Below, piece by piece: positions 19,566-28,350 of a stretch of DNA of 64,000 nt. The notes under the pieces are model-generated. The model was not told where the DNA came from, made no database searches, and worked only from the letters and a program-made list of their open reading frames with translations. How positions within the stretch are numbered: the stretch's first letter is position 1; every line of letters starts with the position of its first letter. Made by a program: the position numbers and the translations under genes. The DNA is taken from assembly GCA_000995415.1 (NCBI GenBank), contig LCEX01000003.1, forward strand, positions 15,470 through 79,469. The letters run 5' to 3'. Source of the stretch: Candidatus Gottesmanbacteria bacterium GW2011_GWC1_43_10. Its GTDB lineage: Bacteria; Patescibacteriota; Microgenomatia; UBA10105.

Positions 19566-20715
19566 AATTGGCGGAGCCGAGAGAATCCTGGTAGCCCTGC
19601 ACGAACTTTTTCCCGATGCCCCTCTTTTTACAGCAGTTTACGATAGTGATCGGGCCGGTTGGGCCCGCGATTTCCAAGTCCGGAGCTCATTTATGCAAGC
19701 TTTACCCCTGGCCAAAACTTACCATGAACTCTATCCGGGAGTACCATTTTTAGCTTTTAGTAGTTTAGATTTACAAGAGTTTGATATCGTGATTGTGATC
19801 ACTTCAGCCGAAGCCAAAAGCGTGATCACCGGACCGAGAACTCTATCTATTTGTTACTGCTTGACTCCTACCCGTTATTTGTGGAGCCATTACAGTCAAT
19901 ACTTTAAACACAAGCTGTTGGCTTTTCTCTCCTGGCCGGTGGTGTGGTTTTTGCGAGTTTGGGATATGCGAGTCAGCGCCCGACCGGATAAATATATCGC
20001 CATATCTGAAACCGTGGCAAAACGAATTTCTAAATATTATAAACGCCAAGCGCAAGTCATTTATCCACCGGTAGACACAGAGAAGTTTCGGCCAAAGGCC
20101 TCAACCAACGGCCGATGGGCCTTTGGCCCAGATCCGCCTTTGGCGGACAAAGTTCAATCCGCCAGTCGGCGGACAAAGTCTGCAGATAAATTGGAAAGCA
20201 GTTATTTTCTAGTAGTTTCTAGATTGGTGGATTACAAACGTATTGATATCGCAATTGAAGCCTGTAATCGTTTGGGATTGCCTCTTAAAATCGTCGGCAC
20301 TGGACTTGAAGAAAGGAAACTCAAAAAACTAGCTGGATCCACAGTCGAATTTTTGGGCAACTTGACTGATCAGGAGTTAATTGCGTATTATCAAGGTTGT
20401 CGAGCTTTAATTTCACCGCAGGAGGAAGACTTAGGTATTAGCGCCATTGAAGCTCAAGCTTGCGGCAAACCGGTGATTGCTTATCGAGGGGGTGGGACAA
20501 TGGAGACAGTCATAGCCGGTAAAACGGGTGAATTTTTTTATCCGCAAACTGTGACAGCACTCATTTCGGTACTAGAAAAATTGGGTAACCGCGTATACAA
20601 TCCAGTTTTATGTCGGAAACAAGCTCTAAAATTTAGTAAAATGAAATTTAAGCAGCAATTTGCAAAATACGTGAGTCACACATGGAAGCAGTATAAACTA
20701 GCTCAAAAACTATGA
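19531..20715 (+). CDS. Glycosyltransferase family 4 (WbaZ-like) with a repeat-derived insertion in the linker
   Basis: 'GGAER', 'YCLTPTRYLW', 'YPPVD', 'VSRLVDYKR', 'EDLGISAIEAQACG'. Confidence 0.9.
   Translation: MKIALVYDHVNKIGGAERILVALHELFPDAPLFTAVYDSDRAGWARDFQVRSSFMQALPLAKTYHELYPGVPFLAFSSLDLQEFDIVIVITSAEAKSVITGPRTLSICYCLTPTRYLWSHYSQYFKHKLLAFLSWPVVWFLRVWDMRVSARPDKYIAISETVAKRISKYYKRQAQVIYPPVDTEKFRPKASTNGRWAFGPDPPLADKVQSASRRTKSADKLESSYFLVVSRLVDYKRIDIAIEACNRLGLPLKIVGTGLEERKLKKLAGSTVEFLGNLTDQELIAYYQGCRALISPQEEDLGISAIEAQACGKPVIAYRGGGTMETVIAGKTGEFFYPQTVTALISVLEKLGNRVYNPVLCRKQALKFSKMKFKQQFAKYVSHTWKQYKLAQKL
20088..20173. repeat. Nested 15/30-nt hairpin modules inside a coding region
   Basis: TCGGCCAAAGGCC[TCAACCAACGGCCGATGGGCCTTTGGCCCA]GATCCGCCTTTGGCGGA, then TCCGCCAGTCGGCGGA. 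Confidence 0.8.
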
Positions 20716-21794
20716 AAGCAGTCATCTTCGCCGGAGGAGTAGGAACTAGACTTTGGCCGCTGTCACGCAAAAAATATCCCAAGCAATTTGAAAAGATCGT
20801 GGGAAACAAATCCACTCTCCAGTTGGCTGCCGAGCGATTGCAATCCGACTTTGCTTGGTCTGACATTTATGTTTCGACAAATGCCGCTTATGTCCCTATG
20901 GTACAAAATCAACTGACGTCAATTCCCCCCAATCAAGTTATCGGCGAGCCGCAAATGCGGGATGTGGGACCGGCGGTAGGTTTGGTGACCGCCTTGTTGG
21001 CCAAAGAGACACCTACCGAACCGATGGTGATTTTGTGGAGTGATCATTTGGTCAAAAAAGAAGCCTTGTTTCGGAAAATTCTCCTCACCGCCGGGCAGAT
21101 CATCTCTCAAGATCCCGAGCGGATCATTTTTGTGGCCCAGAAACCGCGGTTTGCCAGCGAAAACTTGGGCTGGATCGAATACGGTAAAGAAGTCATCCGC
21201 CAAAACGATTTGCCGTTTTGCGCTTTCATAAATTTGCGTTATAAACCGGACGTTGCCACCGCGGGGCAGTATTTTGCCAGTGGTCATCATGCCTGGAACT
21301 TGGGCTATTTTGTGACTACGCCACAATTTTTGTGGAAACAATACGAACGCTTTGTTCCCAACTTGTATCAAGGGTTGTCGCGGATCGCCGCAGCCTGGAA
21401 AACCGGCAAATTTAACGACGTTTTAAACGAAGTTTATCCCACGTTGGAAAAAATCAGTTTCGACAATGCCATTCTTGAGAAACTTAACCCTTCACAAGGA
21501 CTCGTCATCTCCGAAAACATCGGTTGGAGTGATATCGGAGCTTGGGAAGCGCTCAAAGAAGCGCTGCAAGAAGCAGAAGACAAAAACGTCACCCAAGGCA
21601 AAGTGCTACTAAACAATACCCAAGATTCGCTCATCTACAACTATACCGATCAGATGGTGGTGACGATCGATCTTGACGGTTATTTTGTGATCAATACTTC
21701 CGATGTAGTGTTAGTTTGTCGCAAGGATTCGGTACCCAAAATCAAAAAATTAGTCGAAAGTTTGAACGGAACCGCCAACGAACATCTGACATAA
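20712..21794 (+). CDS. manC: Mannose-1-phosphate guanylyltransferase
   Basis: 'AGGVGTRLWPLSR..YPKQF', 'SDH', 'KISFD', 'GWSDIGAW'; no PMI cupin tail. Confidence 0.88.
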   Translation: MKAVIFAGGVGTRLWPLSRKKYPKQFEKIVGNKSTLQLAAERLQSDFAWSDIYVSTNAAYVPMVQNQLTSIPPNQVIGEPQMRDVGPAVGLVTALLAKETPTEPMVILWSDHLVKKEALFRKILLTAGQIISQDPERIIFVAQKPRFASENLGWIEYGKEVIRQNDLPFCAFINLRYKPDVATAGQYFASGHHAWNLGYFVTTPQFLWKQYERFVPNLYQGLSRIAAAWKTGKFNDVLNEVYPTLEKISFDNAILEKLNPSQGLVISENIGWSDIGAWEALKEALQEAEDKNVTQGKVLLNNTQDSLIYNYTDQMVVTIDLDGYFVINTSDVVLVCRKDSVPKIKKLVESLNGTANEHLT

Positions 21795-21804
21795 TAATTT
21801 GCCT

Positions 21805-22440
21805 ATGCATTACTTCATCAAGCGGTTGATTGATATTGTGGGGACAGTGTTCATTGGGATCGTATTTTTACCCATAGCTTTGGCTACCGCTATCGCGATC
21901 AAACTGGATTCGCCTGGACCGCTGCTAGCTGATACTCCGGAGCGAGTCGGTCAGGGAGGGAAACTATTTAAACTGTACAAATTTCGTTCCATGATCGTAA
22001 ATGCCCACGAAATGCTGCGGAGTGACCCCAAACTCAAAAAACTTTATGAACAGTATAAAAAAAATAGTTACAAGCTTTATATAGATCCGCGAGTGACTCG
22101 GGTAGGTAAATTCATCCGTAAACACTCTTTGGATGAAATGCCACAATTGGTGAATGTGCTTAAGGGAGAAATGAGTTTGGTTGGGCCGCGGCCGTATTAT
22201 GCGGATGAACTCGTGAATCAGCAAAAAAAGTATCCGCATACCAAAGAACTTGTCAATGTCGTACTTTCCGCCAAACCTGGTATTACCGGTGAATGGCAGG
22301 TGTCAGGGCGAAGCGAAGTCAATTTTGACAAACGTATCAAAATTGATGCGGAATACGTCAAACGCAAATCCATTAGTCACGACTTGGTGATACTACTAAA
22401 AAGCCCGATTGTGATGGTGACGGGTAAAGGTGCGGTTTGA
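21805..22440 (+). CDS. Priming sugar transferase (Bac_transf, WcaJ/WbaP C-terminal domain)
   Basis: 'KRLIDI', 'KFRSM', '[35 protein letters not shown]', 'PGITG.WQVSGR'. Confidence 0.93.
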   Translation: MHYFIKRLIDIVGTVFIGIVFLPIALATAIAIKLDSPGPLLADTPERVGQGGKLFKLYKFRSMIVNAHEMLRSDPKLKKLYEQYKKNSYKLYIDPRVTRVGKFIRKHSLDEMPQLVNVLKGEMSLVGPRPYYADELVNQQKKYPHTKELVNVVLSAKPGITGEWQVSGRSEVNFDKRIKIDAEYVKRKSISHDLVILLKSPIVMVTGKGAV

Positions 22441-22486
22441 GCTAGGGACTAAAGTGATGTATGATTATTTTTATGGAGATTGACAC

Positions 22487-24532
22487 ATGAAAAATTTGCT
22501 TAAAACCGATTCCACCTCCGAACTTGAGGGGAAAACTGCGGTAGCGCCAAAAATCAGCCAACCACCAGATACAAAAACAGATGGAACCAGTGGTTTTGCC
22601 AAGATTGATCCGTTGCCGAGTATCCCAAAGAAGACCAAACCTAGATCTCTAAAATGGTTGTGGGTCAGCTTGGGAGTGATTTTAGTATTGGGATTAGTGG
22701 TGACATTCACCGCCATTTTGCCGGCAAAGGCTACTTATGCCCGAGCAACAGAGTTACTTACGGCAGGTAAAGATTTAGCTCAATCCGCCAAAAACCAAAA
22801 TTTGGAGGAAATGAAAACCAAATTGCCAGAGGTGCGTGCTAAACTGACCGCGACGCAAAAAACCTTAGATCAAATTTATCTGCTTCGGTATTTACCTTGG
22901 GTCAATCGTTATCACCAGGATGCCAAACACGCCCTTAATGCCGCCGGGTATGGTTTGGATGCATTTGAGATTTCTATAACGACCCTTGAACCCTACGCGG
23001 ATTTGTTGGGTCTTAAAGGAAAAGGGACATTTACTGGTGGATCGGCGGACGAGCGGATTCAACTGGCTGTCAAGACTATGGATAAAATGACGCCGAAAAT
23101 TGCCGAAATCGGAGACAAGATCGAAAAGTTAAATACCGAAGTCGCAGCAATTGATCCAAACCGTTACCCGGAGTATGTGGGTAAAAAGCAAGTCCGAGCA
23201 AAATTGATTTCCGGCAAAAATTTACTTTCGGAAACGACCACTCTGTTTTTGAATGCCAGGCCGTTACTAGAAGTCTTACCCAGTTTGCTGGGGGAACCGA
23301 CAGCCAAAAAGTATCTATTTATTTTTCAAAACGACAAAGAATTACGACCCACTGGCGGTTTTATCACGGCTTATGCCATTTTTCGGGTCGAACACGGAAA
23401 ATTTTTGGTCGAGTCTTCCAATGACATTTACGAACTTGATGATCAAATCAAAGTCAAAAAAGAGGCGCCGGAAGACATCCTCACATATCACAAGGGAGTC
23501 TTTTATTTCAATATTCGGGATAGCAATTTATCACCAGATTTTGCGATATCGATGAAGCAGTTCATAGATTTGTATCCGGGCAAGTTTGATTTTGATGGAA
23601 TTTTCTCTTTGGACACACACGTACTGGTTGAGTCCATGAAAATCTTGGGATCGTTTAATATCGCTGGTCGGGAGTTTAGTGCCGAAACCGATAAACGTTG
23701 TGATTGTCCAAAAGTGATTTATGAACTGGAAGATTATTCTACACGACCGGTAGCTTACGTCCGCGAAACCAGAAAGGACATCATCGGCTCTTTGATGTAT
23801 GAAGTCATGAAAAAAGCTTTGGGGGTATCGCCTTCACAATACTGGGGTAGGTTATTTCAGATGAGTTTGAACGAAATCTCTGAAAAACACATTTTAGCCT
23901 ATATGCTGGATGAAAAAACGCAAAAAGGAGTGGAGTCTCTCAATATGGGTGGTCGGATCGCCGACGGAGTAAGCATATTAGGCTATAAAGACGGTCAGGA
24001 TTGGGACTATCTACATATCAACGATACCAATTTTGCTGGTGCCAAATCCAATTTGTTTGTGCAGCAAGAAGTAAAAATTGATTATACGGTAGAATCAGAC
24101 GAGACTATCACCAAAACGTTGACACTCAGTTACAAAAATCCGGCACCACCTTCAGACTGCAATTTGGAATCCGGCGGTTTGTGTCTCAACGGAATTTTAC
24201 GTAATTGGGTCCGGATATACGTTCCCAAAAGTGCAACACTAGTTGAAGATAAAGGCAGCCAGTCACCCAAAACCGGAGAAGCAGAAGCGCTTCGGGTTGT
24301 CGAGGATTTGGGAAAAACGGTATTTAATGGTTTCCTGACAGTGCGGCCGTTGGGTTCGGCAGAACTATCACTCAAATACAAATTACCTTTTAAAAAAGGC
24401 AAAGACAAATTACACGTCTTGCTCCAGAAACAACCGGGTACCGAGGGGCATAGCTACACGATCTCAGTCAATGGCAAGACCAAAGAGCAATTCAATTTGA
24501 GTGCCGACAAAGTGGTGTTATTATCACTGTGA
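22487..24532 (+). CDS. DUF4012-like membrane-anchored extracellular protein
   Basis: Single TM then helical region; 'YLFIFQN..ELRPTGGFI', 'RDSNLSPDF', 'KS', 'QKQPG'. Confidence 0.8.
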   Translation: MKNLLKTDSTSELEGKTAVAPKISQPPDTKTDGTSGFAKIDPLPSIPKKTKPRSLKWLWVSLGVILVLGLVVTFTAILPAKATYARATELLTAGKDLAQSAKNQNLEEMKTKLPEVRAKLTATQKTLDQIYLLRYLPWVNRYHQDAKHALNAAGYGLDAFEISITTLEPYADLLGLKGKGTFTGGSADERIQLAVKTMDKMTPKIAEIGDKIEKLNTEVAAIDPNRYPEYVGKKQVRAKLISGKNLLSETTTLFLNARPLLEVLPSLLGEPTAKKYLFIFQNDKELRPTGGFITAYAIFRVEHGKFLVESSNDIYELDDQIKVKKEAPEDILTYHKGVFYFNIRDSNLSPDFAISMKQFIDLYPGKFDFDGIFSLDTHVLVESMKILGSFNIAGREFSAETDKRCDCPKVIYELEDYSTRPVAYVRETRKDIIGSLMYEVMKKALGVSPSQYWGRLFQMSLNEISEKHILAYMLDEKTQKGVESLNMGGRIADGVSILGYKDGQDWDYLHINDTNFAGAKSNLFVQQEVKIDYTVESDETITKTLTLSYKNPAPPSDCNLESGGLCLNGILRNWVRIYVPKSATLVEDKGSQSPKTGEAEALRVVEDLGKTVFNGFLTVRPLGSAELSLKYKLPFKKGKDKLHVLLQKQPGTEGHSYTISVNGKTKEQFNLSADKVVLLSL

Positions 24533-25095
24533 TGAAGGTTTACAAAGCTCTTGGCATCGTCCTGGGCCGCAAAAATATCGGCGAGGCAGATAAACTGGTC
24601 ACCATATTTACTAAACACACAGGCAAAAAAGTGGTTATTGCCAAGGGAATACGACGCATCCATTCCCGACGAGCCGCACATTTAGAACTATTTACACTTG
24701 CCTCATTTGTGATACACCGTGGTCGGACGTTTGACACGGTATCTGAAGTCAACCCAATTAGTTCATTTAGCCTGATCCGGCAAAAATTGATTCGGGTGAG
24801 TTATGTGTGTGTAGCTTTGGAGTTGGTTGAGCGCTTGCTTCCAGAAAATCAAGAGGCACGTTTGGTGTTTGAACACTTGACCTACTTTTTACAACTTTTG
24901 AATCAGCCGGAAACCAGGCGCAACCAGGCAAAACAGGCGCTATTGGAATTTAAACAATTTCTTTTGGCGGAATTGGGTTATATCGACAACGCCCAAAAAT
25001 TGGATGAAGCCAGGTTGGACCACACAATTGAATCGGTTTTGGAAGCCGCGCTCAAAAGTCCAAATCTATTGACAAAAGTCGAGCAAGGTTTATAA
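24532..25095 (+). CDS. recO: DNA repair protein RecO
   Basis: 'GIVL.RKNIGEADKLVTIFT...GK..VIAKGIRR..SR'. Confidence 0.9.
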   Translation: MKVYKALGIVLGRKNIGEADKLVTIFTKHTGKKVVIAKGIRRIHSRRAAHLELFTLASFVIHRGRTFDTVSEVNPISSFSLIRQKLIRVSYVCVALELVERLLPENQEARLVFEHLTYFLQLLNQPETRRNQAKQALLEFKQFLLAELGYIDNAQKLDEARLDHTIESVLEAALKSPNLLTKVEQGL

Positions 25096-25096
25096 T
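25069..25096 (+). promoter_or_regulatory. Sigma70 promoter for the glyQS leader
   Basis: TTGACA-16 nt-TATAAT overlapping the recO 3' end. Confidence 0.85.
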
Positions 25097-25103
25097 AAAT
25101 TCA

Positions 25104-25209
25104 GGCGTTGATCTTGAAGGGCATCAAGGGAGCAAAAACAAATTAAAAGTGGTCCAATGTGATATTGGACAATAAGGGTGGAACCACGGTTTTTAAAGAA
25201 TCGTCCCTT
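25104..25209 (+). promoter_or_regulatory. Glycine T-box riboswitch (ultrashort Stem I, no Stem II)
   Basis: K-turn-like GA/GA; stem TCTTGA/TCAAGG; loop AGGGCA with GGC specifier (25120-25122); Stem III 25152-25170; T-box AAGGG-TGGAACC-ACGG pairing with TCGT-CCCTT. Confidence 0.85.
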
Positions 25210-25243
25210 TCTACAAATAGTAGAGAGGGACTTTGTTGTATTT
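25203..25243 (+). terminator. Attenuator terminator of the Gly T-box
   Basis: GTCCCTTTCTAC/GTAGAGAGGGAC stem followed by TTTGTTGTATTT; overlaps the antiterminator 3' strand. Confidence 0.8.
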
Positions 25244-25257
25244 GGCACATTATTATT

Positions 25258-25453
25258 TTCTTGCTTGTCTAAGCAAGGAATTGTTTCTTTCTCTGCTTGT
25301 CCAGAGAAAGAAACCAAAGAGAAGACAAACCCGTGAAGGTTTTGCGAAGTTTCTAGCTTACGCTTCGTCCGCCAGGCGCGAAAGAGCGCGCCTGATTAAA
25401 TATTGCGGACTCCGCTTTAGCAAGACAATTTTACGCAAAACACTTCAAGGGTT
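25258..25453. repeat. Structured palindromic element between the T-box terminator and glyQS
   Basis: Hairpin GTTTCTTTCTCTG/CAGAGAAAGAAAC (25283-25314) and a ~125-nt rod (25328-25453). Confidence 0.6.
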
Positions 25454-25497
25454 AGAAGCAAAAAAATAAAAAAAACACTTCAAAAGTTCAACAAACT

Positions 25498-26790
25498 ATG
25501 GCAGATTTGATGGAAAAGATCACGAGTTTGGCTAAGCGCCGGGGATTTATTTATCCCGGAAGTGAAATTTATGGCGGAATTGGGGGATTTTACGATTATG
25601 GGCCGTTGGGGACAGAACTCAAATACAATATCAAAAATCAGTGGTGGAAATTTATGGTCCGACAGCGTGACAACGTGGTCGGGTTGGATGCAGCCATCAT
25701 CATGAATCCGGATGTCTGGAAGGCCTCCGGACACGTCGACCACTTCACTGATCCGCTAGTAGAATGTAAAAATTGCCATCTACGCTTTCGGGCTGACAAG
25801 GTAGGCAAAGAATGTTCGGAGTGCGGTGGTGAATTTACCGAGGCGAAAAACTTCAATATCTTGGTTGAGACTTATGTTGGCGTAGTCGAGGGAGCCAAAC
25901 GCAAAACTTACTTAAGAGGCGAAATCACCCAAGGAGTACACGTCAATTTCCAAAATGTCTTGAGCTCTACCCGCCTTAAGATCCCATTTGGGGTGGCTCA
26001 AATCGGAAAAGCCTTTCGTAACGAAATCACGCCGGGAAATTTCATTTATCGGATGCGTGAATTTGAGCAGATGGAGTTGCAGTATTACATCAAACCGGAT
26101 GAGCCAGAAGGACAAAAATGGTTTTCTTATTGGAAAGAACAAAGATGGAATTGGTATGTATCATTGGGGCTGAATAAACAAAACATGCGTTTCCGCGACC
26201 ACGCGCCTCAGGAACGCGCTCATTATGCACAGGCGGCAACGGATATAGAATACAACGCGCCGTTTGGTTGGAATGAGTTTGAAGGTATCCATCACCGCGG
26301 GGATTGGGATCTGTCACAACACAGTAAATTTTCCGGCAAAGACCTGTCTTACTTTGATGAAGCGACCAAAACGCGTTTCACACCATGGGTGATTGAAACT
26401 TCAGCCGGAGCTGACCGCGCGACCCTATTTTTCTTGCTTGATGCTTATTTTGAAGATGGAAAAAGAGTGGTTCTCAAATTGCACCCAAAACTAGCTCCAT
26501 ACAAAGTCGCGGTGTTTCCGCTGGTGGCCAATAAAACTGAGTTAGTGACCAAAGCCAGAAGTATCTTTGAACAACTAAGGTCTTTAGATATCGTCACTGC
26601 TTGGGATGATCGCGGCAATATCGGGAAAAGATACTTGGCTCAAGACGAAGTGGGGACCCCGTGGTGTGTGACTATTGATTATGATACACTGACAGATGAT
26701 ACAGTGACGGTGCGGGATCGGGACACGACAAAACAGGAGAGAATAAATATAGGTAAACTAGGGGAATATTTTCAACACAAATTAGCGTAA
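25498..26790 (+). CDS. glyQS: Glycine--tRNA ligase, alpha2 (eukaryote/archaea-like) type
   Basis: 'KRRGFIYPGSEIYGG...YDYGPLG', 'GKAFRNEITP', 'REFEQME', 'IETSAGADR', HGTP anticodon domain. Confidence 0.97.
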   Translation: MADLMEKITSLAKRRGFIYPGSEIYGGIGGFYDYGPLGTELKYNIKNQWWKFMVRQRDNVVGLDAAIIMNPDVWKASGHVDHFTDPLVECKNCHLRFRADKVGKECSECGGEFTEAKNFNILVETYVGVVEGAKRKTYLRGEITQGVHVNFQNVLSSTRLKIPFGVAQIGKAFRNEITPGNFIYRMREFEQMELQYYIKPDEPEGQKWFSYWKEQRWNWYVSLGLNKQNMRFRDHAPQERAHYAQAATDIEYNAPFGWNEFEGIHHRGDWDLSQHSKFSGKDLSYFDEATKTRFTPWVIETSAGADRATLFFLLDAYFEDGKRVVLKLHPKLAPYKVAVFPLVANKTELVTKARSIFEQLRSLDIVTAWDDRGNIGKRYLAQDEVGTPWCVTIDYDTLTDDTVTVRDRDTTKQERINIGKLGEYFQHKLA

Positions 26791-26802
26791 AATTTTTTTG
26801 GG

Positions 26803-26918
26803 AGTGCTCGCAGGTAAAATTTTCTCGAGTCTCAATTCGCGGGGATATGACTCTAGTTGTCATTCAAATCATCGGCCCCGCTCAGTGAGTTCAGCGAAAA
26901 TTTCACCATGCTCGCACT
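26803..26918. repeat. ~115-nt imperfect inverted repeat downstream of glyQS
   Basis: AGTGC..GGT.AAATTTTC..CTCA..GCGGGG / CCCCGC..TGAG..GAAAATTT.ACC..GCACT. Confidence 0.65.
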
Positions 26919-26933
26919 ATATTATTAATTCCT

Positions 26934-27398
26934 ATGAAAAATAAAACTGCCCTGTTTGTATCATTGGGGATTTTACTTCTCGTATTGGTTGGTGGATTTG
27001 TAGTCATCAAGAACCTCACCAAAGCTCCGCCTCCGCCAGCTCCAGAGGAAGAGAAAAAGACAGAATTGCCACAAGTTGACGCATCTGTAAAAGTGGATTT
27101 GATAGCCAAAGCTGGAGCTAATTCTGTGACATTGAGTGTCACCAATATTCCCGAAGGCACAGACTCGATTGAATACGAGTTGAGTTATTTGACGGGTGAG
27201 GGCTTGCCAAAGGGCGCTTTGGGGAAAATAGACCTCAAAGGTAATACCGAAATCACCCGCGATATCCTTTTGGGGACCTGTTCGCGTAACACCTGTACTT
27301 ATGACCAAGGCGTCAAATCAGTCAAACTGGTGCTAAGATTCAATAGCGCCACCGGCGCCAGCCAATTTAGCAAAGAATATCCGTTGGGAGAAGAATAA
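26934..27398 (+). CDS. Membrane-anchored hypothetical protein with a beta-rich extracellular domain
   Basis: N-terminal TM, Pro-rich linker, 'YELSY', 'LLGTCSRNTCTYD'. Confidence 0.8.
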   Translation: MKNKTALFVSLGILLLVLVGGFVVIKNLTKAPPPPAPEEEKKTELPQVDASVKVDLIAKAGANSVTLSVTNIPEGTDSIEYELSYLTGEGLPKGALGKIDLKGNTEITRDILLGTCSRNTCTYDQGVKSVKLVLRFNSATGASQFSKEYPLGEE

Positions 27399-27413
27399 AA
27401 AAATTATTTTAAC

Positions 27414-27800
27414 CTATCTGCGCTCTCGATGCTGAGGTTGATTAATGAGCAAGGTAATTGCTTCCTCTAAAGTGGGATATTGACGATCAATCCATTCCGG
27501 AGCATTGGGAAAAACAGGCCAAGTAACTATCGGAATACGATGTTCACGTCTTATTAAGTGTAACAGCATACCTCTATCCTGTTCTGGTTTGATGATGTTT
27601 GGATCTAAAAGTACCACAGCTCGGATAGTATGTTTACGGTCAAATACATGTCGGCCTATCAAATATGCTGCTTCAGTCTGATTTGTGAAGCTATCAAATA
27701 CTCTGACTCCGTTTTGTCTAAAAGCTGTTGCAACCTGGATGCCCAAGTTCTCTTGAGTTGAGTTGTGTCCAATTAATATGCCTGATCTTGCTAGTGCCAT
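27414..27800 (-). CDS. Hypothetical protein
   Basis: 128-aa ORF filling the gap, ATG start, divergent from mraZ; no family recognised. Confidence 0.6.
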   Translation of the reverse strand: MALARSGILIGHNSTQENLGIQVATAFRQNGVRVFDSFTNQTEAAYLIGRHVFDRKHTIRAVVLLDPNIIKPEQDRGMLLHLIRREHRIPIVTWPVFPNAPEWIDRQYPTLEEAITLLINQPQHRERR

Positions 27801-27864
27801 AGGTTGTGGATGGTATCATATTTAGCTTTAAATTTCATCTTGCCTCTACCCCTAGTGTTTCACT

Positions 27865-27936
27865 TGTGGTGAAAACCCCTTGACATGGTTGTGAAAAGTG
27901 GTCAATATGGTGTAAGATGGTGAAACATGGTGAAAG
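27865..27936 (+). promoter_or_regulatory. dcw promoter with MraZ-box-like direct repeats
   Basis: TTGACA at 27880-27885; TGGTG at 27908, 27918 and 27928 (10-bp period), further TGGT copies at 27867, 27886 and 27899. Confidence 0.7.
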
Positions 27937-28349
27937 TGACCAAATTAGGACAGTATTTGGGAGAGTATCGACACAGCTTGACTGAACGCAATCGATTGGC
28001 TTTACCAAAACGGATCCGAATTGAAATAGATGAATTTGAAGTCATATTGACACGAGGTTTTGAATCATGCATCGTCGGCTACGACTTGGCTCGGTGGAAA
28101 GAAATGGTCAAACAACCATTGGCTCTTCCGGCATATGAAGAAGCAGGCAGAAATTTGCGGCGAAAACTATTCACATCGGCAGTTGTAGTAGAGCTTGATG
28201 CGCAAGGCAGAGTGGTATTGCCTGAAACACATTTGAATTGGGCAAAGTTGGACGGGAAAGTGGGTGAAGAGGTGATCATTTTGGGGGTAGGAGATCATTT
28301 TGAAATTTGGCAAAAAGGCGAGTGGGAATCATTCTCACAAAGGTTATAA
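27927..28349 (+). CDS. mraZ: Division/cell wall cluster transcriptional repressor MraZ
   Basis: 'GEYRHSL..RNRLALPKR.R', 'LDAQGRVVLP', 'GVGDHFEIW'. Confidence 0.95.
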   Translation: MVKVTKLGQYLGEYRHSLTERNRLALPKRIRIEIDEFEVILTRGFESCIVGYDLARWKEMVKQPLALPAYEEAGRNLRRKLFTSAVVVELDAQGRVVLPETHLNWAKLDGKVGEEVIILGVGDHFEIWQKGEWESFSQRL

Positions 28350-28350
28350 A

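Noticed and set aside
25233-25469. 78-aa ORF upstream of glyQS
   Set aside because: It has a TTG start inside the terminator tail and lies entirely over palindromic leader sequence, with no protein-like features.
27855-27877. Possible parS site (GTTTCAC...GTGAAAAC)
   Set aside because: The arms are separated by 5 nt, unlike the contiguous 16-bp parS consensus, and it overlaps the MraZ-box region.
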